This document shows positions 44,850 to 53,385 of a DNA stretch of 64,000 bases, piece after piece. The notes under the pieces were generated by a model, which was not told where the DNA came from, made no database searches, and saw only the letters and a program-made list of their open reading frames with translations. This stretch comes from a virus (Duplodnaviria; Caudoviricetes): positions 1 through 64,000 of IMG/VR virus record IMGVR_UViG_3300013901_000014; one strand, written 5' to 3'. A program made the translations under genes and the position numbers. Every line of letters starts with the position of its first letter. Position 1 is the stretch's first letter.

Positions 44850-45254
44850 ATGAAGACGATTAAGACGAATGACATTAAGGCGATGACGAAGCTCTTCAAG
44901 CTGAGCGACCTCGAGGCCATCTACCTGCAGGGGTTTGCAGACAGCATCAACGCAGAGAAGAGCGATACCTGCGGCGACCTTCAATTCTACCTGATCCACG
45001 GGACGAGCGACAACGCAGAGCGCCGCGCAGCCATCAACGCCCTGCTGATCTACGAGGCAGCGAAGGCGCAGGCGGACAACGACCTCCACATGGCGCTCGA
45101 CAAGACCTCATGGGTGGTGGCCGATACGCTGAAATGCAGCTGCTACCAGCTAATGCTTTGGTACAAGGGCCTGCCCCTGAAGCGCGACCGCTTCGGCGAG
45201 CACGTCGAATGCAGCGACACATTCGGGCTGAATTATCTGGAGGTAACACTTTAG
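44850..45254 (+). CDS. first early gene of phage B, hypothetical
   Basis: Follows promoter and A-rich leader. Confidence 0.8.
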   Translation: MKTIKTNDIKAMTKLFKLSDLEAIYLQGFADSINAEKSDTCGDLQFYLIHGTSDNAERRAAINALLIYEAAKAQADNDLHMALDKTSWVVADTLKCSCYQLMLWYKGLPLKRDRFGEHVECSDTFGLNYLEVTL

Positions 45255-45275
45255 CGACTAAAAGGAGGAGAAGAA

Positions 45276-45542
45276 ATGAAAAATAATGCATACACAAGCA
45301 AGCACACGCTCAGCAGCAGCGACTTCGATTTAACCTTCAAGGGCCGCGGAGCCTACGAGATAACCTACACCACGCCGCGCCGCGGCGACTACTGGCGGGC
45401 ATACATCACCGACATGGAACTGGTGAACGACACCCTGCACGAGGACGAGCCGACGCAGGCAGCCTGGAAGCGGCTGCGCGACAAAGTGAAGATGAACGGC
45501 ACGCATTACAGCAAGTGCGGCGAAAGGATTTACAACGACTAA
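45276..45542 (+). CDS. early hypothetical protein, paralog of the 1191-1595 N-terminus
   Basis: TPRRGDYWRAYITDMEL. Confidence 0.8.
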   Translation: MKNNAYTSKHTLSSSDFDLTFKGRGAYEITYTTPRRGDYWRAYITDMELVNDTLHEDEPTQAAWKRLRDKVKMNGTHYSKCGERIYND

Positions 45543-45556
45543 TCGGAGGAAAATAA

Positions 45557-45778
45557 ATGAGATATCACGGCAATTACATCACCAACCAGGGCACCCAGAT
45601 GGCTGCCCCTGTATACGACACCAACAAGGCGCGGCTTGCCCGCGACCTGCGCGAGATGCTGCGCGGCAACACCGAGAGAGGCGGCAGCGGCTGCTGGTAT
45701 ATCAACGACGAGCACGAGCGCCACATTGACGGAGGCTCAATGATTTGCGGCAAATGGTACAAATGGGACAACGACTAA
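45557..45778 (+). CDS. early hypothetical protein
   Basis: A-rich leader, in operon. Confidence 0.65.
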   Translation: MRYHGNYITNQGTQMAAPVYDTNKARLARDLREMLRGNTERGGSGCWYINDEHERHIDGGSMICGKWYKWDND

Positions 45779-45789
45779 TAAATTCAGAT

Positions 45790-46011
45790 ATGGAGATTAA
45801 CGACTACATGACCAGCACCCAGCTGGAGCGCGCAAGGCGCCACAGCGAGATTTGTGAGGCATACCGCAGCCTCGCGGGTATAGGGCTGAAGCCCTACGGG
45901 GCTATGAGAGTGGTTGCGGGCAGATACAATATGACGGTGCCCGGAGTGAACCGCATCATCACGGCGGCCGGGCTTTATACGCCGAAGACGAGAAAGGGGG
46001 CGGAGTTATGA
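45790..46011 (+). CDS. Cro-like/early DNA-binding protein, paralog of 913-1194
   Basis: MEINDYMTSTQLERARR. Confidence 0.75.
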   Translation: MEINDYMTSTQLERARRHSEICEAYRSLAGIGLKPYGAMRVVAGRYNMTVPGVNRIITAAGLYTPKTRKGAEL

Positions 46012-46196
46012 TCAAGGCATTGAAATTATCGGTATTCATCGCGATGCTCACTGTGGCATTCGGGAGCATATACCTCGGCGGCCGCGCGCTGATAGTGGGC
46101 GGAAACGTATTCGCCGCCGTCCTGTGGGGCGGCGTGGCACTGATAAGCGGGCTGCTGGCCCGCGAGCAGGCCCTCGAGGAGGAGGACGAGCCATGA
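46008..46196 (+). CDS. small two-TM membrane protein
   Basis: ATGA overlap; two hydrophobic helices. Confidence 0.7.
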   Translation: MIKALKLSVFIAMLTVAFGSIYLGGRALIVGGNVFAAVLWGGVALISGLLAREQALEEEDEP

Positions 46197-46390
46197 CACC
46201 GCACGAGCCGAAGGTGGCGGCCAGCGACCGCTACACCATCACCCAGGCGGCCGAGCTGCTGGGCATGCACCGCAACACGCTGTGCGATTATTGGAGGCGC
46301 GGACTCATCAAGTGCGGCTTCAGGCGGCCCACGGGGCGGAAGTTCTTCACAGGGCGCGAGATTGTCCGGTTTTGGAACGCGCAGCTCTGA
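46193..46390 (+). CDS. excisionase-like HTH protein
   Basis: YTITQAAELLGMHRNTL...FFTGREIVRFW; ATG 46193 overlaps the upstream stop. Confidence 0.8.
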   Translation: MTPHEPKVAASDRYTITQAAELLGMHRNTLCDYWRRGLIKCGFRRPTGRKFFTGREIVRFWNAQL

Positions 46391-46516
46391 CAAGGCACAG
46401 GGCGCCGGGAGGGCGCTCCCGATTAAAAACATATTATCTAACTTGACACATTTTCATTTGTGTATTAGTGTTTTTACACACGCCCCGCCCGCGCTGTGAA
46501 GCGCAGCGGGAAACAA

Positions 46517-46608
46517 GCCGGGCGCAGCGCCGCCGCCTCCGCTGGGACAAGGGCCTCGGGAGCTGGAGGGACGCGCGGGCGGTGCGGGTTCGACCCCCAC
46601 ACCCGGCA
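46517..46608 (+). ncRNA. long tRNA-like element B1 (homolog of A3)
   Basis: GCCGGG...TGCGGG-TTCGACC-CCCACA CCCGGC A. Confidence 0.65.
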
Positions 46609-46783
46609 CAAGAGACAAGGGCGCAGCGGCGCCCACGGGGCAATCGCAATTCAGTCAATAGTTTTAGGAATAAATAGTAACGCGCGCCGCCGCCCCGCGG
46701 CGCACACACAGCGCGGGCGCAAGTAGTCAACATTATTAGTCCTATTTTGCACCCTCCCAAAAATGCCCGCGCCGGGAGGTGGA

Positions 46784-46853
46784 GCCCATGGCCAATGGCC
46801 GGGGTAAGTCAGGCAGCGGCCTGGCGGGTGCGGTTCGACTCCGCGCATGGGCA
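46784..46853 (+). ncRNA. tRNA-like element B2 (homolog of A1)
   Basis: GCCCATG...GGTAAG TCAGGC-AGCG-GCCTGG CGGG TGCGG-TTCGACT-CCGCG CATGGGC A; perfect 7-bp acceptor stem. Confidence 0.7.
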
Positions 46854-46892
46854 CACAGTTAACTCAATAAAACATAAAAAAACAAAGACATC

Positions 46893-47732
46893 ATGAACGA
46901 AGTTCAAATCATCAACACCAACGACGCTCTGCAGGCCATCAACCGTGCGGAGATTGACATTCAAGTCAACACAGCCAAGCAGTTCCCCCGCGAGCTGCCC
47001 GTGGTTCTCAACAAGATAGCCACGTTCGCCACTATGGACACAGAGACGGCTGCCGACTGCTTCTACGTGCTGCGCCGCGGTGGCGCGCACGGCTCGCAGA
47101 CCATTGAGGGCCTTTCGGTGCGCATGGCTGAAATCATCGCCAGCGCCTGGGGCAACCTCCGCGTGCAGACGCGCATCATCGGCAACGACGGCCGCACCAT
47201 CACTGCTCAGGGCGTGTGCCACGACCTGGAAACCAACGTGGCAGTGTCGGTCGAGGTCAAGCGCCGCATCACCGACAAGCAGGGCCGCACGTTCAGCGAC
47301 GACATGCAGGTGGTCACCGGCAATGCGGCCAGCGCCATTGCATTCCGCAACGCCGTCCTAAAGGTCGTGCCCAAGGCCGTGACAAAAAAGGTTATTGCCG
47401 AAGTCAAGAAGGTGGCCATGGGCCAGAGCCTCGACCTCGAAACAAGCCGTCAGAACATGATTGCCTACTTCGCCAAGTTGGGCGTAACCGAGCAGATGCT
47501 GCTCGACTATCTCGACATCACCAAGCGCGAGGAAATCGATAAGGAGATGGTGTTCGAGCTCAAGGCCACAGCCAACGCCATCAAGGAGGGCACGACCACC
47601 GTGCAAGAGAGCTTCATCAAACCACTTGAGGAGAAGAAGAAGGCAATTGAGGCCAAGAGCCAGGCCGACGCAATCAAGGAAAAAGCGGCAGCCGCCATCG
47701 CAGCCGCAACCAAGAAGGAGGATAAGCAATGA
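46893..47732 (+). CDS. putative single-strand annealing/recombination protein (partner of YqaJ exonuclease)
   Basis: IEGLSVRMAE...WGN motif; translationally coupled to the exonuclease. Confidence 0.6.
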   Translation: MNEVQIINTNDALQAINRAEIDIQVNTAKQFPRELPVVLNKIATFATMDTETAADCFYVLRRGGAHGSQTIEGLSVRMAEIIASAWGNLRVQTRIIGNDGRTITAQGVCHDLETNVAVSVEVKRRITDKQGRTFSDDMQVVTGNAASAIAFRNAVLKVVPKAVTKKVIAEVKKVAMGQSLDLETSRQNMIAYFAKLGVTEQMLLDYLDITKREEIDKEMVFELKATANAIKEGTTTVQESFIKPLEEKKKAIEAKSQADAIKEKAAAAIAAATKKEDKQ

Positions 47733-48691
47733 AGCCCGCAGTCCCCTACGAGATTATCCGCCCCGCCACTCAGGCCGAGTGGCTCGAAGTGCGCAAGCAC
47801 GGCATAGGCTCCAGCGAGGCTGGGGCGGTCATGGGCCTCAATCCGTGGCAAAGCGCCTACCAGTTGTGGCGGCACAAGCTGGGCATCGACCCGCCCGTGC
47901 AAGAGAACTTCGCAATGCGTGCGGGGCACTATCTGGAGGGCGTGGTGGCGCACTTCTACGCCGACGCCACTGGCGCAACCATCATCAAGTCCAGTGCGGG
48001 CGACTGGATTGCGCGCGACCGCAAGCAGCCGTGGCTGCAGGTGTCGCCCGACCGCCTGGCGTGGCCCGCTGGCGTTAGCCACTCCCCCGCAAACCGCATG
48101 ATAGTGGAGTGCAAGACCACGCAGCGCACCATCGACCCCGACCACGTGCCTATGTCGTGGTTCGTCCAACTGCAATACCAGCTGATGGTGATGCGCCTCA
48201 ACCGCGGCGCGCTGGCATGGCTCACCGCCGGGCGCGACTTCGGCTATCTCAACGTTGAGCGCGACCCCACGCTCTGCGAAATGATAGAGACAGCCCTGGC
48301 CGCATTCTGGTGGGATAACATCGTCGGGCGCAAGGAGCCCGCGTGTATCACCGGTGACGATGCCGAGCTGCACTGGCCGCGTCAGGCCGACGGCAAGACA
48401 GCCGAGGCCGACGGCAATCTGCTTGATGTGGTGGCCAACCTGCGCTACATCAAGGCGCGCATCGCCGAACTCACCACCGCCAAAGCCGAGCTTGAGGGCC
48501 GCATAAAGGCCGCCATGGCCGATGCCGAGCTGCTCGTCGACGACTTCGGCAACACGCTGGCCACATGGCGCACGCCCAAGCGCGACCCCGCGCCCAAGTT
48601 CGACGCCAAGCGCTTCCAGGCCGAGCACCCCGACGAGTGCGCGCCCTACATGGTTTCTCAGCCCCCTACTCGGCGGCTGCTGATAAAATGA
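47729..48691 (+). CDS. YqaJ / lambda-exonuclease-like viral recombinase
   Basis: WLEVRKHGIGSSE, VSPDRL, ECKT, QLQYQL motifs. Confidence 0.9.
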   Translation: MKPAVPYEIIRPATQAEWLEVRKHGIGSSEAGAVMGLNPWQSAYQLWRHKLGIDPPVQENFAMRAGHYLEGVVAHFYADATGATIIKSSAGDWIARDRKQPWLQVSPDRLAWPAGVSHSPANRMIVECKTTQRTIDPDHVPMSWFVQLQYQLMVMRLNRGALAWLTAGRDFGYLNVERDPTLCEMIETALAAFWWDNIVGRKEPACITGDDAELHWPRQADGKTAEADGNLLDVVANLRYIKARIAELTTAKAELEGRIKAAMADAELLVDDFGNTLATWRTPKRDPAPKFDAKRFQAEHPDECAPYMVSQPPTRRLLIK

Positions 48692-48698
48692 GCGGGTC

Positions 48699-48875
48699 AT
48701 GAGGTATCTGCTCACCAAGACGGACAAGGCCGCGGTTGAGCGTCTTCTTCAGGCGCTCAGCCGTAGGCGGGCCGTCACCACACGCGAGCTCAACGAGAAC
48801 CGCATGGCGCGGCTCATGCTCACGAAATTAACGAAGTTGAAAACCACCGGTAATGAGTTGGATAAAGCTACATAG
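48699..48875 (+). CDS. small basic hypothetical protein (58 aa, not in ORF track)
   Basis: ATG 48699 to TAG 48875 fills the gap in the operon. Confidence 0.5.
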   Translation: MRYLLTKTDKAAVERLLQALSRRRAVTTRELNENRMARLMLTKLTKLKTTGNELDKAT

Positions 48876-49734
48876 GAAGTTTATGGCTTGGCAGTGGTAC
48901 ACCGATGCCAACATGGTGCGTGTGTTCATTCACCTGCTCCTGAGTGCCGCCCACGAGGATGGCATGAAGCAGCGCGGCATCGAGGTTCGGCGCGGCCAGG
49001 CGGTAATCGACACCACCGATCTTGCCGAAGCTCTGATGATAGGCCGGCACGCTGTGCGCATCTGCTTGGACAAACTCAAGGAGACCGGCGAGATAACCAT
49101 CACGACTACGCGCGGCCGCATGGGTTACACGGTCGTGACGATTTGTAATTATGACAACTATCAATCTGTAAGCAAATCAAACTCGGGCCAATTTAGGGCC
49201 AATTTAACGGCCAATTTAGCGGCCAATTTAACAAGTAATTCAACTTCCGATAAATCAATAGTTTACAAAGAGCAAGAAAAAGAAACGGGCCAATTTAGCG
49301 ACCAATTTAAAAACCGTAACGCGGCCATTCTATATAATAATAAGGTAAAAGAAGAACAAGAATATATCGTCGTAGCAGACGCGCGCGCACGCGAGGAGGC
49401 GATTAAAAAGCTGCGCTGCGAGTTGCAGTCATCGCCGCTGAAAATCGAGGCCGCCATGCGGGCTACAAGAATTACCGATGCCGCCCGCCTCTTCGACCTG
49501 TGCGAAGAAGTCTTCGCCGAGTGGTCGCTGCGTACCGATGGTTCTATCGATTGGCCGCACCTGCTCAACCAGGTGCGCATAAAGGCCGAGGCGCAGCGGC
49601 GCGACGCCAAGCGCCTGGCCGCAATCCCCGAATCCAAGAAAGACGTCCAGCAATGGCGCCGCGACTTCATGACCGACTACACGGCCTATATCAACAATCA
49701 ACTTAACTCAAAAAAGAACAATGGAACTGAATAA
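48853..49734 (+). CDS. replication initiator (winged-HTH replisome organizer)
   Basis: MSWIKLHRKF...W...FIHLLL, RGQ and TVVTICNYDNYQ motifs; central repetitive ANLTAN iteron-like segment. Confidence 0.85.
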   Translation: MSWIKLHRKFMAWQWYTDANMVRVFIHLLLSAAHEDGMKQRGIEVRRGQAVIDTTDLAEALMIGRHAVRICLDKLKETGEITITTTRGRMGYTVVTICNYDNYQSVSKSNSGQFRANLTANLAANLTSNSTSDKSIVYKEQEKETGQFSDQFKNRNAAILYNNKVKEEQEYIVVADARAREEAIKKLRCELQSSPLKIEAAMRATRITDAARLFDLCEEVFAEWSLRTDGSIDWPHLLNQVRIKAEAQRRDAKRLAAIPESKKDVQQWRRDFMTDYTAYINNQLNSKKNNGTE

Positions 49735-50377
49735 CTCAATCACCCGCGCCCAAAGCGCACTGCCAGCAGCCGCCAGCCGCGAGCCGTGGGCGCTCGCCCT
49801 CCGTGCCTGCTATGGCGCCGACGGCCAGATGCTGCGCGCGTGGTCGCCCGACAAGCGCGACTACTGCCTGGCCAACATCGCCGGCGCAGCCATGTCGCCA
49901 TCGGTTGTGCGCATGCTCAAAAGCTACCCTGAGGCGTGGCCCGTGGCCGTGAGCAACGCCGTGGCCGCCACACTCGTAGAGACCACCGATGCCGAAGCCG
50001 CGCCCACCGCGCCCGCCGACATCACCCGCATGGTCGGCCGGCTGCTATCCGACGACCGCTTGCGCACGCTGCCCGCCGGTATGCTCTGGGCGTTCTTCGC
50101 CCGCCTTGGCGCACGCCGCTACACCATCTACGGCAAGCACGCCACCCCAGGCCGCATGCTCGACACCCTTCAGCGCGAATACCCCAACCTCCGCGCCGAG
50201 GTGCAGCGCGCGCAGGCCGAAGCCGAGAGCCGCGACAAGGCCGAGCGCGAGGCCCGCCACAGGGCCGATGCGATGAATTGGCAGCAGTACGCCCGCAGCC
50301 GCGGCCTTGATCCCCGCAACAACCCACTCGAAAAGTTCAACCCCTCAAACGATACACGACATGGCAACAACGACTGA
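49721..50377 (+). CDS. putative helicase loader/replication accessory protein
   Basis: Directly follows and overlaps the initiator gene. Confidence 0.5.
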   Translation: MELNNSITRAQSALPAAASREPWALALRACYGADGQMLRAWSPDKRDYCLANIAGAAMSPSVVRMLKSYPEAWPVAVSNAVAATLVETTDAEAAPTAPADITRMVGRLLSDDRLRTLPAGMLWAFFARLGARRYTIYGKHATPGRMLDTLQREYPNLRAEVQRAQAEAESRDKAEREARHRADAMNWQQYARSRGLDPRNNPLEKFNPSNDTRHGNND

Positions 50378-50714
50378 CACTCCCATAATCCCCGCCCCTC
50401 ATGCGGTCATTACCGAAATGCTGCTCACTATGAGCCGCAGCTACGCCAACCGCGAGCCGCTCCTTGAGAGCGACAACGAGGCCAGCGTGTGCGGCTGGGC
50501 CGACGGCATCGAAATCGGAGGCCTGCACTACTACGCCGACATCGAGGCCACCGCCGTCATCGACGGCGAGGACGACACCTACGACTGCCCCGGCTGGTCG
50601 GAGGCCACCGTGGAATACATCGACTACCTTGACGGCAACGTGCGCGACGATGACGATAACATCGTGGCCACTCTCGACTTCGATGTGCGGGACTTCATAG
50701 GGGAGCGTCTTTAA
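50361..50714 (+). CDS. very acidic small protein
   Basis: About 27 D/E versus 5 R and no K in 117 aa. Confidence 0.75.
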   Translation: MATTTDTPIIPAPHAVITEMLLTMSRSYANREPLLESDNEASVCGWADGIEIGGLHYYADIEATAVIDGEDDTYDCPGWSEATVEYIDYLDGNVRDDDDNIVATLDFDVRDFIGERL

Positions 50715-50792
50715 CGTAGAGCCACCAAAGAGCCGCGCTGACGGCATTAAATTACTCAGACGATAACTTACCCATTTAAGAAAATTAAAGCG

Positions 50793-51374
50793 ATGAGAAA
50801 GCGAAAACGATACAACATTACCGCCGCGCAAAAACGCTGCAAGTGCCAAGCGATTGATTGGGCAAAGGTGGACGGCATAGTTGCCGCAATTAAAGAAACC
50901 GAAACAATACGCGACAATATGCTGCGCATCTACAACGACCGCAAGCTGCAAGACCAATTTGAGGACAAGATTGCTGTGCTGCGCAAGGAGCGCGATGAAC
51001 TGCTGGCACAGATAGAGGCCGACCGCCAGCGCATGGCCCGCGCCCTCATCACTTCACTCGCCTGCTGCGACCTTGCGGCCACCATGGCCGAGCGGTTCAG
51101 CGACATAGTGAAGCGCGTGAGCAAGATTGACTTCGCAGGCAACGCCTACACGCAGAGCGTCAAGGAGGCCCGGACGCACACAAACAACCTCCTGAAGAAG
51201 GTACTCGAGAGCGAGCGCCTCTGGGAGGGCCTTGTGAGTTCCATCGACGGACCCGGCGACAACACCACCTCACTGCGCTATGCCGACATCAGCGAGCGTT
51301 TTGCGCAAGCCGTTCAGCCTATCGTGGAGAAGTTCGAGCGAGAGATGGAAGATAAGTATACGGAACAATTTTAA
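50793..51374 (+). CDS. hypothetical helical protein
   Basis: Clean ORF in early operon. Confidence 0.7.
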   Translation: MRKRKRYNITAAQKRCKCQAIDWAKVDGIVAAIKETETIRDNMLRIYNDRKLQDQFEDKIAVLRKERDELLAQIEADRQRMARALITSLACCDLAATMAERFSDIVKRVSKIDFAGNAYTQSVKEARTHTNNLLKKVLESERLWEGLVSSIDGPGDNTTSLRYADISERFAQAVQPIVEKFEREMEDKYTEQF

Positions 51375-51387
51375 CCCAATAAACGAT

Positions 51388-51579
51388 ATGGAATACAACG
51401 AATTATGCGACCTATGCAACAGGCTGAAGAACGACATCAAGCAGCTCAGCGATTACGTGTTCGAGCTGCGCGAGGATAACGAGAGCGACACGCTACGCTC
51501 CATCAGTGATTATGACCTGATTGCAGAACTTGAAGACCGCGGCTATGACGTGGTTAAACACAAGGAGGACGAGCAATGA
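51388..51579 (+). CDS. small hypothetical protein
   Basis: ATG 51388; LIAELEDRGY motif. Confidence 0.65.
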   Translation: MEYNELCDLCNRLKNDIKQLSDYVFELREDNESDTLRSISDYDLIAELEDRGYDVVKHKEDEQ

Positions 51580-51998
51580 AGAGGACTAAGCGATTAATTG
51601 TTGAGAACTGCTTCTCATTTACGAGCGCCCACGGCTGGGGCAACGGCTACGTTGCCGTGCCTCCCGGGCATCCGCTGTGGGGCAAAGCGTATAACGACGA
51701 CGATTATCCTGATATGGACGTACACGGCGGCGTGACCCTCACCGAGCCTGTGCTGCTTGGCGAGTGCATGGCCGCAAGCAAATGCAAGGTGCACCCCGAA
51801 TATGTGGGCAAGCGGCAGCCGCTGTTTGACTTTGCCGAGTGCCTCGACGGAGATATTCCCGACAACTGGTGGCTCATCGGCTTCGACACCTGTCATGCGG
51901 ATGACAGCGCGGACGTATGGCCGAAAGACAGGGTTGTCGAAGAGACAACTAAGCTGCAGGAGGAAATTGAAACGCTGGAACAACAGAGTCATGAGTAA
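51576..51998 (+). CDS. conserved phage hypothetical protein
   Basis: GWGNGYVAVP, VHGGVT and WLIGFDTCH motifs. Confidence 0.75.
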   Translation: MKRTKRLIVENCFSFTSAHGWGNGYVAVPPGHPLWGKAYNDDDYPDMDVHGGVTLTEPVLLGECMAASKCKVHPEYVGKRQPLFDFAECLDGDIPDNWWLIGFDTCHADDSADVWPKDRVVEETTKLQEEIETLEQQSHE

Positions 51999-52521
51999 TC
52001 GCATAATCATAGGCATCGACCCCGACGTGAAGGACAGCGGGGTGGCGCGCCTTGACTGCTCGACAAGGCAGGTCAGAATCGCATCGCTGCCCTTCCCGGA
52101 CCTGCTCGACTACCTGCGCAGGGCGAAATTGACCGCCACGGCCGCAAATACGCCCTGTGTGGTGGTCATCGAGGCGGGGTGGATGAACAAGACGCATTGG
52201 CACATCAGCCCCCGCGACAGCCGCCAGGCAGCGGCCGCAAAGGGCAACCAGGTGGGGCGCAACCACGAGACGGGCCGGAAGATTGCCGAAATGTGCCGGC
52301 ACTGGCAAATCCCCTTCGTACTGCAGCGCCCGCTCCCGCTCCGTGCCGGAGGACGCCCGCTGTGGAGCGGCAAGGACGGCAAGGCCTCGCAGGCCGACAT
52401 CGAGGCGTTCATGGCTTTCACCCCGTCACGGACCAACCAGGAAGGGCGCGACGCTGCCCTGCTTGCATGGCATCACGCAGGGCTCCCGATAGTGATAAAC
52501 AGACAAAGCAAACAGAAATGA
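51991..52521 (+). CDS. RuvC-like Holliday junction resolvase
   Basis: IIIGIDPD...SG, VVIEAGW and RDAALLA RNase H-fold motifs. Confidence 0.75.
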   Translation: MSNRIIIGIDPDVKDSGVARLDCSTRQVRIASLPFPDLLDYLRRAKLTATAANTPCVVVIEAGWMNKTHWHISPRDSRQAAAAKGNQVGRNHETGRKIAEMCRHWQIPFVLQRPLPLRAGGRPLWSGKDGKASQADIEAFMAFTPSRTNQEGRDAALLAWHHAGLPIVINRQSKQK

Positions 52522-53212
52522 GAGACATCACATTCAACTACGACATAACGGACCTTGTGACTCCCGAACAGCCTAAGAAACGCCGCTGGCGGCGCATCAA
52601 ACAACGCCAAATTGACATCGTTGTGGCCAACGCCGACAAGGTGCCCCACAGCCGGCTTGGGGCGCTGGCGGGCATAAGCCAATCGGGAGTTGCCCGCATT
52701 TTGAGGGATAACGGATGCCGCATATTCGATCAGGCGGCGGCCAGACAGCGCGCTGAGGAGGCCGCCCGCAACGGGTACAAGACAAAATCACTGCGCGAGA
52801 TGGCCGAAGAGCCGGCGTGGGCAAGTCCACGATCAAGCGCGCTATGGCCCGCCTTGGGCTTGAGCGCCCCGAGGGGTATGCCGAGAAGGTGCGCGCACGC
52901 AACGTGGAGCGCCTGGCCGCTGGCCGCGGCAACGTGGACAGAAATCGCTTCGGTTCCCGGAGGCGGCTGCTCGTGCGCCGCGAATACGAACGCCAGGCGA
53001 TGGGGATGCCGCAACGCACCGCCGTGCGGCTAAGGCCCGCCTGCCTTACCGCCCGCAGCTACAAGGCGCGGTGGTCGCTGTGCAAGCGCTACGGATACAG
53101 GATTGACCCGGAGCACCCCATCCGCCTGCTTTATTCCCCTGGTCAGCGCCGGTCCCCGCGCGAGGACCATTACACTGCGAAATACGGCTTTGAGTTTACT
53201 GAGGTTCAATAG
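52518..53212 (+). pseudogene. tandem-HTH protein split by a 1-nt frameshift at about 52811
   Basis: Frame 1 reads MRDITF...SLREMAEE and frame 2 continues GVGKSTIKRAMARLG; one missing base restores a canonical HTH (MAEELGVGKSTIKR). Confidence 0.7.
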
Positions 53213-53245
53213 GCTGAACAGCTGATAGAAAACTGAAATATCTAT

Positions 53246-53352
53246 TTGTGTTGCAAATATATTTTGTGTAACTTTGCCCAAAGGGCACGCACATTATGAG
53301 ACCCTGGCGTACGCGGGCTCTTGGACATCTGCCTCCAAGGGCCCGCAAACGC
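53246..53352 (+). promoter_or_regulatory. promoter and structured leader of ParB-MTase/packaging operon
   Basis: TTTG-N19-TAACTTTG (53269-53276); 13-bp GCGGGCTCTTGGA/TCCAAGGGCCCGC hairpin. Confidence 0.6.
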
Positions 53353-53385
53353 TTATGATACAAACAAATCAATCCGCACACAGAT

